Shown here piece after piece: positions 26,798-37,399 of a stretch of DNA of 64,000 bases. Source of the DNA: Candidatus Latescibacterota bacterium. GTDB taxonomy: Bacteria > Latescibacterota > UBA2968 > UBA8231. The notes beneath the pieces are model-generated. The model worked only from the letters and a program-made list of their open reading frames with translations, was not told the DNA's origin and made no database searches. The stretch covers positions 4,352,001-4,416,000 of the forward strand of contig OZ241867.1 in the NCBI GenBank assembly GCA_965203175.1, written 5' to 3'. The first letter of the stretch is position 1. Each line of letters starts with the position of its first letter. A program made the translations under genes and the position numbers.

Positions 26798-27055
26798 ATG
26801 GTGCCGGAAAAAATGATGATCGCCGGAGAGGTCGCTGCCTATCTCCGCTGTTCGCCCTCCACGGTGCGTCGCATGGTCCGTCGAGGCCAGATTCCCCATT
26901 ATAGATTTGGCAAGTTAGTGAGGTTTCGCCTGAGCGAAATCGAGCGCTGGTTGACCCTGCAGCAGGAGGGAGCGGCACTCTTGCGGGGGAGGGCGATGCC
27001 GCCCAATTCAGATCAACTCTCCCTCTTCCCGACGGGAGGGGAAAATGGCGAATGA
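26798..27055 (+). CDS. Excisionase-like HTH DNA-binding protein
   Basis: EVAAYL..S.STV.RMVRRGQIPHYRFGKLVRFR. Confidence 0.8.
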   Translation: MVPEKMMIAGEVAAYLRCSPSTVRRMVRRGQIPHYRFGKLVRFRLSEIERWLTLQQEGAALLRGRAMPPNSDQLSLFPTGGENGE

Positions 27056-29324
27056 AAAAGCGAAAAATGTGGTGGTGCTAGGCGCTGGGGTCATGGGAGG
27101 GCAAATCGCGGCCCTGCTCGCCTGCGCGGGCCATAAGGTGCGCCTTCTCGACTTGCCATTGGCAGGTAATGAGACGGGTCATGCGCGTCAAGGACTGGAG
27201 AGAGCTCTCGCAAGCCGACCGCCTGCTTTCTATCTAGCGGAGATGGCCCAACGCATCGGGCTAGGGAGCCTGGAGGATTTAGCCTGCGTTGGAGAGGCCG
27301 ATTGGGTCATCGAAGCTGTAGTAGAAGAACTCGTGCCCAAGCAGGCGTTGCTGGCCCGACTGGAGCCGTACCTGCACGACGGATTGGTCATAAGCAGCAA
27401 TACCTCGGGGCTATCTATCGCCGAGCTAACTCGCGGTCGGTCGCCTGAGTTTTGCCGCTGCTTTCTCGGGGTGCATTTCTTCAATCCGCCGCGTTACATG
27501 AAGCTGGTCGAAGTTATATCTGGGCCTGATACCGAATCGATCATCGTCCAGCAAATGGTTGATTTTCTCTCCGGGGAGTTGGGCAAGGGCGTGGTCCGCG
27601 GCCAAGATACGCCTAATTTCATTGGCAATCGCCTGTGGATTTTCGCCTTCTGCGACATGCTTCAGAGGATGGAGCGGGACGGGCTAGGCGTGGCTGAAGT
27701 TGACGCGCTGACCGGCCCTCTGATGGGGCGACCGCAAAGCGCAACCTTGCGCGTTTGCGACATCGTGGGTTTGGACACAGTCGCGCACGTGGCCGAGACC
27801 AGTTACGAGGGATTGCCGGAGGACCCGTGGCGGTCGCTTTTTGCTCTGCCGGCATTTTATCGACGAATGTTGGAGGAGAATTTGCTTGGGGCTAAGGTCA
27901 ATGCCGGGTTCTACCGCAAGGCCGAGGCAGGTATCGAGGCCCTCGACTTAGATACCTTCGCCTATCGACCCGTGCAGAAGGTAGAGTTGGGGACCTTGGA
28001 ATCGGCGTTGAGGGAGCGTTCTCCAGCACGCCGCCTCCGCGCCTTATGGGACGATCCGGGCCCGTGGGGCCAGTTCGGGAGGGCGCATCTCACGGCTGTG
28101 CTAGCCTATGCCGCCGAGCACGCTGCCGACATAGCCGGCGATATCGTCCAAATCGATCAGGCCATGCGCTGGGGATTTAACTGGGCGCTAGGGCCTTTTG
28201 AATTGTGGGATCTCTTCGGTGTCGAGGAGGTAGTCGACTCTCTGACAGCCAACCAACAGCGGGTACCCGACCTCGCCGCTCAATTGCTCGCCGCAGGTGA
28301 AACGCACTTTTACCGCGAGCAGGGCGCGTTCTCACCGACTCGGTTGCGGCGCGAAAGCTGGCAACCACCAGCAGACGATTGGGATAAGCTAGCTGCCGAC
28401 CGAGCCATCTGGTCCAATGACGGAGCGTACTTGGTCGAGCTGGATGAGGGACTGGGGGCGCTGGTTTTCAACGGCAAGATGAATGCCCTGGGGCCAGCGG
28501 CGCTGGAAGCCGTCCACTGCGCGGTGGATACGGTTCCCTTTACTGGCTTGGTGCTTGCCGGCGCTGGCTCCTTGTTCTCGGTGGGTGCTGATTTGAAGCA
28601 CGTGGCCAAGCTCGTCGATGAGAGTGACTGGTCGGAGCTAGAAGCATTTGTCGCTGCCTTCCAAGAGGCCGTGCAAGCACTCCGCTACGCGCCTTTTCCA
28701 GTCGTCGCGGCCCTCCGCGGCTTGGTGCTGGGGGGCGGGTGCGAGTTCGCCTTGGGCACCGATGGGCGCGTGGCGACGGCTGAATTAGGCATGGGTTTGG
28801 TGGAGACCAAGGTCGGCTTAATTCCCGGCAGTGGCGGCTGTATGGAGATGGCGCGAAAGGGAGCAAGCGATATCGGATCTGCGTTTGAGACGATTTTTAC
28901 CGGAAATTTCAGCGACAATGCTTTCCAGGCTCGAGCATGGGGCCTCCTCGGTGATGACGACGAGATTGTCTTTGCCGAGGGCCAACTCTTAAAGCGGGCC
29001 TTAGCTAAATTGCGCAGCCTGCTGGCCACAGGCTATTTCGCTAGTGCAGCGGACGGGGTAGAGGTCACTGGAGACGAAGGGCTAGCGCTTTTGCACGAGC
29101 GCATAGATGCAAGCCGGGCTGCTGGGCAGCTTAGCGAGCACGACGTGGTAGTAGGACGCGGTCTGGCGCGGGTACTTACAGGAGATGGTGGAGCGCGCCG
29201 GGAAGTAGAGGAGTGCGACTTACTCAATTTGGAACGCGAGGTCTTTCTGCAACTGTGCGGCACCGAGCGCACGCGAGAGCGCATCGCGCACATGCTGCAC
29301 ACGGGTAAACCACTGAAGAATTAA
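27045..29324 (+). CDS. 3-hydroxyacyl-CoA dehydrogenase / enoyl-CoA hydratase fusion (FadN-like)
   Basis: GAGVMG, EAVVE, SNTSGL, HFFNPPRY, FSVGADL, GGGCE, C-terminal TGKPLKN. Confidence 0.9.
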   Translation: MANEKAKNVVVLGAGVMGGQIAALLACAGHKVRLLDLPLAGNETGHARQGLERALASRPPAFYLAEMAQRIGLGSLEDLACVGEADWVIEAVVEELVPKQALLARLEPYLHDGLVISSNTSGLSIAELTRGRSPEFCRCFLGVHFFNPPRYMKLVEVISGPDTESIIVQQMVDFLSGELGKGVVRGQDTPNFIGNRLWIFAFCDMLQRMERDGLGVAEVDALTGPLMGRPQSATLRVCDIVGLDTVAHVAETSYEGLPEDPWRSLFALPAFYRRMLEENLLGAKVNAGFYRKAEAGIEALDLDTFAYRPVQKVELGTLESALRERSPARRLRALWDDPGPWGQFGRAHLTAVLAYAAEHAADIAGDIVQIDQAMRWGFNWALGPFELWDLFGVEEVVDSLTANQQRVPDLAAQLLAAGETHFYREQGAFSPTRLRRESWQPPADDWDKLAADRAIWSNDGAYLVELDEGLGALVFNGKMNALGPAALEAVHCAVDTVPFTGLVLAGAGSLFSVGADLKHVAKLVDESDWSELEAFVAAFQEAVQALRYAPFPVVAALRGLVLGGGCEFALGTDGRVATAELGMGLVETKVGLIPGSGGCMEMARKGASDIGSAFETIFTGNFSDNAFQARAWGLLGDDDEIVFAEGQLLKRALAKLRSLLATGYFASAADGVEVTGDEGLALLHERIDASRAAGQLSEHDVVVGRGLARVLTGDGGARREVEECDLLNLEREVFLQLCGTERTRERIAHMLHTGKPLKN

Positions 29325-29340
29325 AAGGGAAGAGGACTTT

Positions 29341-30783
29341 ATGGGCTTGCGTAGTGCCGCCGAATTCAAAGAGGGCTTGCGCGACGGGCGCGAGGTGTAT
29401 CAGCGGGGAGAGCGGGTCGGGGACGTAACCGCGCATGACGACTTGGGAATTGGGGTGGATCACGTCGCCTTGGATTTTGAACTGGCCGAGGATCCAGCGC
29501 ACCGCGACCTAATGACTTGGTTGGATGAAGACCTGGGCGAACCCGTCAGTCGTTACTTTAAAACACCGACGGATGCCGAAGATTTGCTCAATCGACGCGA
29601 GATGATTGAGCGTTCGACGCGGCTGGGCAACAGCGTGGTATTGCTAATCAAGGAAATTGGTACCGACGCGCTCTTCGCCCTCGACTTGGTCTCCGATCAT
29701 TTGGATAAAAATGCCGGTGGACAATACAACTCGCGCGTGCAAGCCTTCCACCGCGCGTGCAAGCAGCGCGACCTGAGCCTGGCCGTGGCCCAAACCGATG
29801 TAAAAGGCGACCGCAGTCTTTTGCCGTCGCAGCAAGCACATCCCGACTACTATGTCCACATTGTCGAGGAGCGGAGCGATGGGATCGTGGTGCGCGGGGC
29901 CAAAGCCCATACGACATGCGCCCCGTATGTCGATGAACTCATCGTCTTGCCGACCCGTGCGCTCAAGGAGGAGGACGCGGCCTATGCTGTTGCCTTTGCC
30001 ACGCCGGTCAATACGCCGGGGATCAAGCTAATCGCTAGCCCCTTTGGCTCGCCGCCGGTGAGCCAGTTCCACCACCCGGTCAGTTCTGAGCATCGCATGA
30101 TCGACACGTTGACGATCTTCGACGATGTCTTTATTCCCAACGAGCGCGTCTTCCTCAAAGGGGAGTGGCAATACACCGGACCGCTGGCCAACGCCTTCGT
30201 CGAATTTCACCGCTTTACGGCTGCCTCCTACAAACCGCCGCTCTGCGACCTCTTTATCGGGGTGGCGGCGCTCCTAGCCCAGTACAACGGCATCGCCAAG
30301 GCCGGCCACGTGCGCGAGAAACTAACCAAGCTCATCACCTATGCCGAGACCGTTCGAGGGCTAACCTTGGCCGCGGCCCACGACTGCCGCATCGCCGCAA
30401 ACGGCACGGCCGTGCCCAATATTGTCTTTACCAACTTGGCCAAATTCCACTTTGCCAATAACTACCACCAAGCTGTGTCTTGGGTCCAGGACATTGCCGG
30501 AGGTCTAGTGGTCACTGGGCCGTCGGAAGAGGACGTAGCCAATCCCGAGACCAAAGGCTATATCGAACACTTCTTGGGTGGTGGAAGCGGCGTCGATGCC
30601 GAAGCGCGGCTAAGGGCGATCAATTTGGTGCGCGATCTGACGGCTTCGACCTTTGGTGGTTACAACGAGCTGTTGGCTATTCACGCCGAAGGCTCATTGG
30701 AAACCCAGAAAATCACCATTCTGCGCGATTACGATGTCGAGCGCTGTGTCCGGCTGGCCCAAGAAGCTATAGGCATAGATTGA
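29341..30783 (+). CDS. 4-hydroxyphenylacetate 3-hydroxylase / 4-hydroxybutyryl-CoA dehydratase family flavoprotein
   Basis: QTDVKGDRS..P..Q.HPDYY, GIVVRGAKAHTT, FDDVFIPNERVF, DIAGG. Confidence 0.85.
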   Translation: MGLRSAAEFKEGLRDGREVYQRGERVGDVTAHDDLGIGVDHVALDFELAEDPAHRDLMTWLDEDLGEPVSRYFKTPTDAEDLLNRREMIERSTRLGNSVVLLIKEIGTDALFALDLVSDHLDKNAGGQYNSRVQAFHRACKQRDLSLAVAQTDVKGDRSLLPSQQAHPDYYVHIVEERSDGIVVRGAKAHTTCAPYVDELIVLPTRALKEEDAAYAVAFATPVNTPGIKLIASPFGSPPVSQFHHPVSSEHRMIDTLTIFDDVFIPNERVFLKGEWQYTGPLANAFVEFHRFTAASYKPPLCDLFIGVAALLAQYNGIAKAGHVREKLTKLITYAETVRGLTLAAAHDCRIAANGTAVPNIVFTNLAKFHFANNYHQAVSWVQDIAGGLVVTGPSEEDVANPETKGYIEHFLGGGSGVDAEARLRAINLVRDLTASTFGGYNELLAIHAEGSLETQKITILRDYDVERCVRLAQEAIGID

Positions 30784-31015
30784 GCCAAACACCAACAATT
30801 AAGGAACAAAAAAGAACGAAAAGAGTTGATTATATAACATTTAGACTCTATATTAAGCTGCATCCTCCTCTATGCGGTTTATTCAAAACCGTTTTATTTT
30901 CGGATGTATTTCCCCCACATCCGAAACTCCCTGCTCGTCCATATTAGGTACCATCATAGCTTAATGCAGCCAAGAGTCCCCATGCTGGCTCATTAGCAAC
31001 AGGAGGCGTCAAGTT

Positions 31016-31861
31016 ATGACTACCTTGCAGACCGATTCTATCGTCGATCAGTATTTCCACGAGATCGAGGATGCTGTCGGATTATCGTCCGAGGACGAAG
31101 TAGCCATCGCCCAGCAGATAAAAGAAGGCGATGAAGAGGCCTTATCCGATCTGGTCAAAGCCAACCTGCGCTTTGTCGTAAGCGTGGCGAAGCAATATCA
31201 GAATTTGGGCTTGCCGCTTTCGGATCTGATCAACGAGGGGAACTTGGGGCTTATCATCGCCGCCAAGCGCTTTGACGGCACTAAGGGCTTCAAATTCATC
31301 TCTTATGCCGTGTGGTGGATCCGCCAGTCGATCCTGCAGGCATTGGCCAATCAGTCGCGCATCGTGCGGTTGCCGCTGAATCGCATCGGCGAACTGACGC
31401 GCGTCAACAGAGCACTCAACAGACTCGAACAGGGACTGGGGCGTCCTCCAGAAGTAGAAGAAATAGCCGAAGAGCTAGAGGTTGAACCCGGTGATATGGA
31501 GCTCCTGTTGCGATTGGCTCAAAGACCCGTTTCGCTGGAGATGCCCTGCGACGAATCCGAGCCGGATCGCTGTTTCGGTGATTTGATTCCGGACTATAGT
31601 CAGCCGCCCAGTGACGAGGCTCTCTCTAGCGACGAGCTCAAAGAAGAAATCTTCAACGCCATGCACGCCCTGACCGAGGGCGAGGCGCGAGTCTTGAAAA
31701 TGTATTACGGATTGGATGGACACGAGCCGATGACCTTGGAGAAGATCGGGGCTTATGTCGGACGCACTCGGGAGCGGGTGCGGCAAATCAAGGAAAAGGC
31801 CCTGCAGAAGCTCCGCCATCCCGCTCGTTGCGATTCCCTCAAGGAGTACTACGCGGACTAA
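31016..31861 (+). CDS. RpoD/SigA-family sigma70 factor (short, no region 1.1)
   Basis: ANLRFVVSVAKQY, DLINEGNLGL, GFKFISYAVWWIRQ, TRERVRQI. Confidence 0.92.
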   Translation: MTTLQTDSIVDQYFHEIEDAVGLSSEDEVAIAQQIKEGDEEALSDLVKANLRFVVSVAKQYQNLGLPLSDLINEGNLGLIIAAKRFDGTKGFKFISYAVWWIRQSILQALANQSRIVRLPLNRIGELTRVNRALNRLEQGLGRPPEVEEIAEELEVEPGDMELLLRLAQRPVSLEMPCDESEPDRCFGDLIPDYSQPPSDEALSSDELKEEIFNAMHALTEGEARVLKMYYGLDGHEPMTLEKIGAYVGRTRERVRQIKEKALQKLRHPARCDSLKEYYAD

Positions 31862-31962
31862 TTATCCGCTACTGCGGGGGTGAGAAAAGTGAGCGCGTAA
31901 GGCCGCTGGCGTCTTGGCCTCATTTGATTTTTGCCCGATTTTTCGTTAATATATCTGTTTAT

Positions 31963-32038
31963 TCCGCGGTAGCTCAGCTGGCAGAGCGGGTGGCTGTTAA
32001 CCACTTGGTCGTAGGTTCGAATCCTACCCGCGGAGCCA
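31963..32038 (+). tRNA. tRNA-Asn (GTT)
   Basis: TCCGCGG/CCGCGGA acceptor stem, TAGCTCAG D-arm, CT-GTT-AA anticodon loop, GGTTCGAATCC, encoded CCA. Confidence 0.97.
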
Positions 32039-32101
32039 CTTAGACAACGGCCGGACGAACCGATCCCGATTTGGGGTGCGGTTGTCCGGTCGTTTGCATT
32101 T
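32035..32101 (+). repeat. Direct repeat copy 1 (tRNA 3' end plus hairpin)
   Basis: GCCACTTAGACAACGGCCGGAC...GTCCGGTCGTTTGCATTT; 3 differences from copy 2. Confidence 0.9.
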
Positions 32102-32291
32102 CTGCAACTTTCTTTCTGCTCTTCCAACACAACAATCCGTTGACAAATCACGTCTTAATTCTTGTTGATGGAAGAACTAAAAATGCGTAGTATGGCCAAT
32201 AGTGGACTGCCGAAGTTGGCAGCGGAAACAGTCATTGCCACGCCTAACATAGCAACATAGAACCTGCCAGCTCCAACGCAGGAGGTTCGCT

Positions 32292-34595
32292 ATGGACCAT
32301 CGAATCCGTTTCCAGATTCTTCGCTCTCTGGTACTGTGCGGATGCACGGCGCTGGGGGCATACGGAGAGCAAATGCGCTTTGACACGGCGTCGGAATGGA
32401 GGCGATGGGAGCTCCCGCTCGGTGCGGTTGAACTCACACAGGACGGCACAATCCTTCCGGTCCGCATTCGCAAGGAGATCAACGCCGTGCTCAACGCTGC
32501 GGATTTCGGCGGCGGCATCCACAGCGTCGGCTCGAATTCGCGACAGGCCGCGTTCGTCATGGACGGCGATCCGGCCACCGGCTGGAGCTTGGCCCCGAAT
32601 GATTCCCCCGAAGATTGGTTCATCGAGATCGATCTGGGAAGAGCTGTTGCGGCCAGGAAGATAACCCTGATTTTCGACGAAGAAGCCCCGCCTTTTGAAC
32701 TTTTCACACTCTTCTTGTCGACGGGCGAACAGGCCATCGACGTGGTCGACAATATCGTCGATGGCAGCCTAATCTATCGCTTCCAGGAACGGTTCAAGGG
32801 AAACAAAAAACACCGAGTGACGCTGGACTTGGACCTGGCCAAACAACCGCCGGTCCAGTTCCTGAGAGTGGAATCGCTGCTCCACGTTCCCGGAGCGCGC
32901 CTAGTAGAAGTGGAGGTGGAGGCTATCGGCGACAATATTGCGCTGGGTCTGCTGGAAAGAGGGGGAGGGCTGGAGATCATCCTGGATGTGGAGGGTGCCG
33001 GCGATGTCGCTACCCTAGGCAATGCCATGTCCATCGCAGACGGGAACTTCTCCGCATGGCTCCAGCCCCGCCGGATCAACAGCCAGGTCAACGTCATCTC
33101 ACACATGACGCTGGATCTGGGTGCTGTGTACTGGGTGGACTTGGTGCGCATCGTGGGCCATTTCCTGCTGGGTCCCAGGTCGCGAAGCTATTTCGACTTC
33201 GACACCTACGAGGTGATGAGTTCGGACGGCTCCCTAGCACCGGATGGGACCCGTATTTGGCATCGGCACTTCGTCGGCAAGAGTACCGCCCAGAACCAAC
33301 TTTGGCCTTTCGCCGAGCACCACTTCGAACTTATTCAGACCCGGTACGTGCGCATCGCCTGGGTGTATTTCGACGCTGCCTGCGCGGCGCTCTGGGCCAG
33401 CAGTACAGCAAATCCCTGCAATTTCTATGGCAGTACACGCGAACTGCAGGTTTTCGGCGAGGGACATCCCGCTAGGGTGACTTTCCACTCTCCGCTGATC
33501 GATCTGAAAGGGAAAAAGCAGGTGAGCGCCATCCGCTGGCGAGCGGACACCTCACTGGACACCCGGGTCGAGGTGCGCAGCCGCACGAGCAACGAGGTGC
33601 GGTACGACATCACCTACTACGACAAGAACGGCAAGGAAGTGACCGAAAGGAAGTGGAACAAACTGATCCCCAGCTTCAAAGGCCCCGTGGATACTACTTT
33701 GGTGCCGGGAGACGACCAGAGCCCCTGGAGCAATGTCTATCTGACGCCGGATCAGAGATTCCAGTCCCCTTCGCCCCGCCGCTATATGGAGTTGGAGGTA
33801 AGTCTGGTGTCCGAAAATCCGGCCCGGGCCGCGTCCTTGGACTATCTTGAGGTGGAGTTCCACGAGCCGCTGGCCGACGAGGTGGTAGGCGAGATCTTCC
33901 CAACTGCGGTACTGCCGGGCGAGGCGACGGAGTTTTCGTACTTCGTGTGGCCTGGGCGGACGTCTGGATTCGACCGACTAATGATGGCGTCCTCGGCGCC
34001 GATGCAGTTCAGGGAGGTGCTGGTCGCTGATCAGCCGACGGAAGCGGAGGTAGAGGAAACTGGGGAGGGATTTCAGGTCCAGTTTTCGCGCCCGATTCGG
34101 CAGCGGGAGTTGGTGGAGTTGCGCTTCACGTCTGCGGTCTTTCTGCAGGCGACGCGCTTCGATGTCTTTCTGGTGGACAGCGGACAGGAGGAATTGGGCC
34201 GCCAGGCGGTGGAGCCAGGCGATGCGGCTCCAGGGGTGGAGAGCAACACCAACGTGGTGAGTCTGCCAGTTTCTGCCCTCCTGTTTGCCAATGCGGCGCT
34301 TGATACCCGGGTGCTCACGCCCAACGGCGATGGGCGCAACGATGTGCTGGTGGTCTCGGTTGATCTGGTCAATGTGCTGGAGCAGCGGCCGCTGCGGATG
34401 CTCGTGTTCGATCTATCTGGGCGTTTGCTCGGGGAGGTCGAAGGGAAGGGGCTGGCCGGTCACCGGGAACTGATCTGGGATGGGCAGGACAGCAGCGGCA
34501 GGTTGGTGGTGCCGGGGCTGTATTTGCTGGAACTGCACGTGGAGGGGGATGCCCAGGTGGAGAAGGTGCGGTGGGGGGTGTCGGTGGTTTACTAG
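32292..34595 (+). CDS. Secreted protein with discoidin-like modules and C-terminal FlgD Ig-like domain
   Basis: Signal peptide; DGDPATGW..IEIDLG; TPNGDGRND..VFDLSGR..WDGQD.SGRLVVPGLY. Confidence 0.75.
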   Translation: MDHRIRFQILRSLVLCGCTALGAYGEQMRFDTASEWRRWELPLGAVELTQDGTILPVRIRKEINAVLNAADFGGGIHSVGSNSRQAAFVMDGDPATGWSLAPNDSPEDWFIEIDLGRAVAARKITLIFDEEAPPFELFTLFLSTGEQAIDVVDNIVDGSLIYRFQERFKGNKKHRVTLDLDLAKQPPVQFLRVESLLHVPGARLVEVEVEAIGDNIALGLLERGGGLEIILDVEGAGDVATLGNAMSIADGNFSAWLQPRRINSQVNVISHMTLDLGAVYWVDLVRIVGHFLLGPRSRSYFDFDTYEVMSSDGSLAPDGTRIWHRHFVGKSTAQNQLWPFAEHHFELIQTRYVRIAWVYFDAACAALWASSTANPCNFYGSTRELQVFGEGHPARVTFHSPLIDLKGKKQVSAIRWRADTSLDTRVEVRSRTSNEVRYDITYYDKNGKEVTERKWNKLIPSFKGPVDTTLVPGDDQSPWSNVYLTPDQRFQSPSPRRYMELEVSLVSENPARAASLDYLEVEFHEPLADEVVGEIFPTAVLPGEATEFSYFVWPGRTSGFDRLMMASSAPMQFREVLVADQPTEAEVEETGEGFQVQFSRPIRQRELVELRFTSAVFLQATRFDVFLVDSGQEELGRQAVEPGDAAPGVESNTNVVSLPVSALLFANAALDTRVLTPNGDGRNDVLVVSVDLVNVLEQRPLRMLVFDLSGRLLGEVEGKGLAGHRELIWDGQDSSGRLVVPGLYLLELHVEGDAQVEKVRWGVSVVY

Positions 34596-34684
34596 GGCGA
34601 TTTGATAGGAGATAAGTCCAGATGCGGATCAGAAACCGGTTGCGATTTTTCACCGGTCGGTTTCAGTGAGTTGAGCATACGGGG

Positions 34685-34750
34685 GCCACTTAGACACGGC
34701 CGGACAAACCGATCCCGATTTGGGGTGCGGTTGTCCGGCCGTTTGCATTT
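34685..34750 (+). repeat. Direct repeat copy 2
   Basis: GCCACTTAGACACGGCCGGAC...GTCCGGCCGTTTGCATTT. Confidence 0.9.
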
Positions 34751-34775
34751 ATACGATGCGTCAAAGACTTAGCGC

Positions 34776-35831
34776 TTACTTAAACAGAGCCGCGTACGCG
34801 CCATAGCCTTCCTTGGCCAAATCCTCGATGGGAATAAAGCGCAGGGCAGCCGAGTTTATGCAGTAGCGCAGCCCAGTGGGAGGTGGGCCGTCCGCAAAGA
34901 CGTGCCCGAGATGCGAGTCAGCGTATTTGCTGCGCACCTCGACGCGGGTCATAAACAGCGAATTGTCGGTGTGCTCGACGATGTGATCCGGCTCTAGGGG
35001 TTGGGTAAAGCTAGGCCAGCCGGTACCGGATTTGAACTTGTGCTGCGAGCTAAAGAGGGGTTCGCCGGAAACGATATCGACGTAGATGCCCGCGGCCTTG
35101 TTGTCCCAATACAGATTGTGGAAGGGCCGCTCGGTGGCGTCTTCCTGCGTGACTCGAAATTGCAAATTCGTGAGTTTGGTGCGCAAGGTGTCGATGGGGG
35201 GTTTGGCGTATTGGACGCTAGCCGTTGGCGTCGGCAGATCTCTGCCCCACGTCTCTTCGATAAAGTGGTCGCGGCCCGATCCTCGACGATAGCGCTTGTA
35301 GTGCTCGGGGTTCTTTAAGTAGTAGTCTTGGTGGTACTCCTCGGCCGGATAAAAGGTGGTGGCTGAGCGAATGGGCGTGACGATGGATTTGTCAAAGCGG
35401 CCCGACTCGTCGAGGGCCTGTTTGCTGGCTTCGGCTAAAGTGCGTTGCTCTTCGTCGTGATAAAATATAGCCGAAGTATATTGATGGCCGCGGTCGTAAA
35501 AGGAACCCCCTGGGTCCGTGGGGTCGAATTGACGCCAGTAGATGTCGAGGAGCTGGCTATAAGAGACCTCTTCGGGGTCAAAGGTGACCAGTACGGACTC
35601 TATGTGCTTGGTCGCGCCGGAGCTGACTTGCTTGTAGGTCGGGTTTTCGCGTTCGCCGCCGGTGTAGCCGGAAACGGCTGAGACGACCCCCTCGACCTTG
35701 TCAAAGGGTGCTTCGATGCACCAAAAACACCCCCCGGCAAACGTCGCTTGGGCGTAGTTTTGAGCGCGGCTGGCTTGCGTGCTAAGCACGCACAAGGCCG
35801 CGCCGGTCAGAATGAATAGTTTGGCGTTCAT
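34776..35831 (-). CDS. msrAB: Exported bifunctional methionine sulfoxide reductase MsrA/MsrB
   Basis: Signal peptide; GGCFWC; AEEYHQDY; GTGWPSF; HLGHVF.DGP; RYCINS; AGGAGG RBS. Confidence 0.93.
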   Translation of the reverse strand: MNAKLFILTGAALCVLSTQASRAQNYAQATFAGGCFWCIEAPFDKVEGVVSAVSGYTGGERENPTYKQVSSGATKHIESVLVTFDPEEVSYSQLLDIYWRQFDPTDPGGSFYDRGHQYTSAIFYHDEEQRTLAEASKQALDESGRFDKSIVTPIRSATTFYPAEEYHQDYYLKNPEHYKRYRRGSGRDHFIEETWGRDLPTPTASVQYAKPPIDTLRTKLTNLQFRVTQEDATERPFHNLYWDNKAAGIYVDIVSGEPLFSSQHKFKSGTGWPSFTQPLEPDHIVEHTDNSLFMTRVEVRSKYADSHLGHVFADGPPPTGLRYCINSAALRFIPIEDLAKEGYGAYAALFK

Positions 35832-35893
35832 AGATCCTCCTTTTGCGTTGGTTTCTTTAAGACGCTCTAAGTATGCCAAAAGGTTCGCACTAT

Positions 35894-37399
35894 CTAAAAG
35901 TACTGCCCCAATCCCACGGACAATTCGTACGAGCCCTCCTTTAATCCATAGGCGATATCGCCGCGCAACACCGGCGTGTTGTACACCTTGGGCCACCCTA
36001 AGCGAATGCCCAAGCCAGGAGAACAAACCATATTGGCCCTTTCTTTGTTAGGTGTCCAAGCTGCACCGCAATCCACAAAGGCGGCACTCGCGAGGGTGTA
36101 CCAAGGTCTGCGAATCAAAGTGGGGCGCGCTTCTAAGTTAAAAAGTACGCGTCTAGTGCCGTCGTAGCGCCGTGGGGCATAGCCGCGCAAGCCGCGCGCT
36201 AGGCCGAGGAGGAACTGGTCGGCGTCCTCGCTGCGGTGCAGTGCTTCCCAAGAGGCGCGCAAGGCAAGCGAATGAGCTACTCCTAGCCGAAAGTACGCGA
36301 TCGCGGATGCCGCGGCGAAGAGGTTGTAAAATTTCCCCTCGCTTCGGTGCGTGCTAGTGAACAAAGTCAGTTCGGCGTAGCTGCGCTTGGTAGGCTCGAA
36401 CCGCGGGACCAGGCGGGCTTGGTATAAAGAAAAAGTCCGATCCGATCCTAATGAGCGATGGGCGAAGCCCCAACGCAGCGACAGCCAACTGCCCGTTTGC
36501 AAGTCTTCTAGCGGACCTAAGTCGCGCATATAGCGGGCGCGCTTATAGCGGGGACGCCACACGAGGAGGCCGACATTCGGCACGATCCGAGTCCGGTCAG
36601 TAGGCGCGTATCTATCGCTAGAAATCGCGGTAAATCGACGGTGGGAAACCTGCAATTGCACCGAGGGGCGTACCTTCGTCTGCTCGCCATAGGAGTGAAT
36701 TAGCCAAATATGGCCGCCGTCGAGTGCGTCTTGATAGCGCGTTTTTAGTTGACCCTCCGAGTACAAGCGCTGTATGGACTTTTGGCTGAACATGGAAAGG
36801 CCATAGGCGCGGCGATCGGCCAGCGTGGCAAAGGGACGCGAGAAAGTTAGGGCATGGTCGTGGCCCTCGGCACCTGTGGCGAGCTGGACCGCTAGGGAGC
36901 GTCGGCTATTGCCAAGGCGCGGCTCGGCAAAGAGCAGCTCGGCCCAAGGGCCGGAAATGGCTTGGTTTTCGAGGCCCAAGCGCAGGCGTTGGCCGCGGCC
37001 GCGAAAGTTGTAGTCGAGCGCGACCACGCCAAAGCTCAACTCGTCGATTTGCCCCGAGATCAAGGGGGATAAGGCACGCGAGTAGAGATCCTCTACCGAA
37101 ACTGTCACCTCGATGCCATCGGGCTGGTCGCGCAAGCGGATATGTACTTCGCCGATAAAGAGCAAGCGCCGCAGGTTGCGCGCTGTCTCGGCAACGCGGG
37201 TGGAGTCGAGGACATCGCCTTCGGCAAAGAGCAGTTCACGGCGAATGACCTGTTCGTCAGTGCGCTCGAGGCCGTGGATGACAATGCGGTGGATGCGCCG
37301 AAGGCCGTCATCGGCGTGCGCGCGTCCGGCTGAGAGCAAAAGGACCGCAAGCAGGAAGATCCAACCCAGCGGAAAGTATGAGCGACTGTCGCACGACAT
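35894..37399 (-). CDS. BamA/TamA (Omp85) family outer-membrane protein with POTRA domain
   Basis: Signal peptide, POTRA (GLERT..VIRREL), LRGY, C-terminal LGQYF. Confidence 0.8.
   Translation of the reverse strand: MSCDSRSYFPLGWIFLLAVLLLSAGRAHADDGLRRIHRIVIHGLERTDEQVIRRELLFAEGDVLDSTRVAETARNLRRLLFIGEVHIRLRDQPDGIEVTVSVEDLYSRALSPLISGQIDELSFGVVALDYNFRGRGQRLRLGLENQAISGPWAELLFAEPRLGNSRRSLAVQLATGAEGHDHALTFSRPFATLADRRAYGLSMFSQKSIQRLYSEGQLKTRYQDALDGGHIWLIHSYGEQTKVRPSVQLQVSHRRFTAISSDRYAPTDRTRIVPNVGLLVWRPRYKRARYMRDLGPLEDLQTGSWLSLRWGFAHRSLGSDRTFSLYQARLVPRFEPTKRSYAELTLFTSTHRSEGKFYNLFAAASAIAYFRLGVAHSLALRASWEALHRSEDADQFLLGLARGLRGYAPRRYDGTRRVLFNLEARPTLIRRPWYTLASAAFVDCGAAWTPNKERANMVCSPGLGIRLGWPKVYNTPVLRGDIAYGLKEGSYELSVGLGQYF

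Noticed and set aside
29341-30783. Gene symbol abfD or hpaB
   Set aside because: Fe-S cysteines absent and no reductase partner; function uncertain
32035-34750. Repeat pair as CRISPR array or prophage
   Set aside because: Only two copies 2.65 kb apart; no spacers, cas, integrase or phage genes
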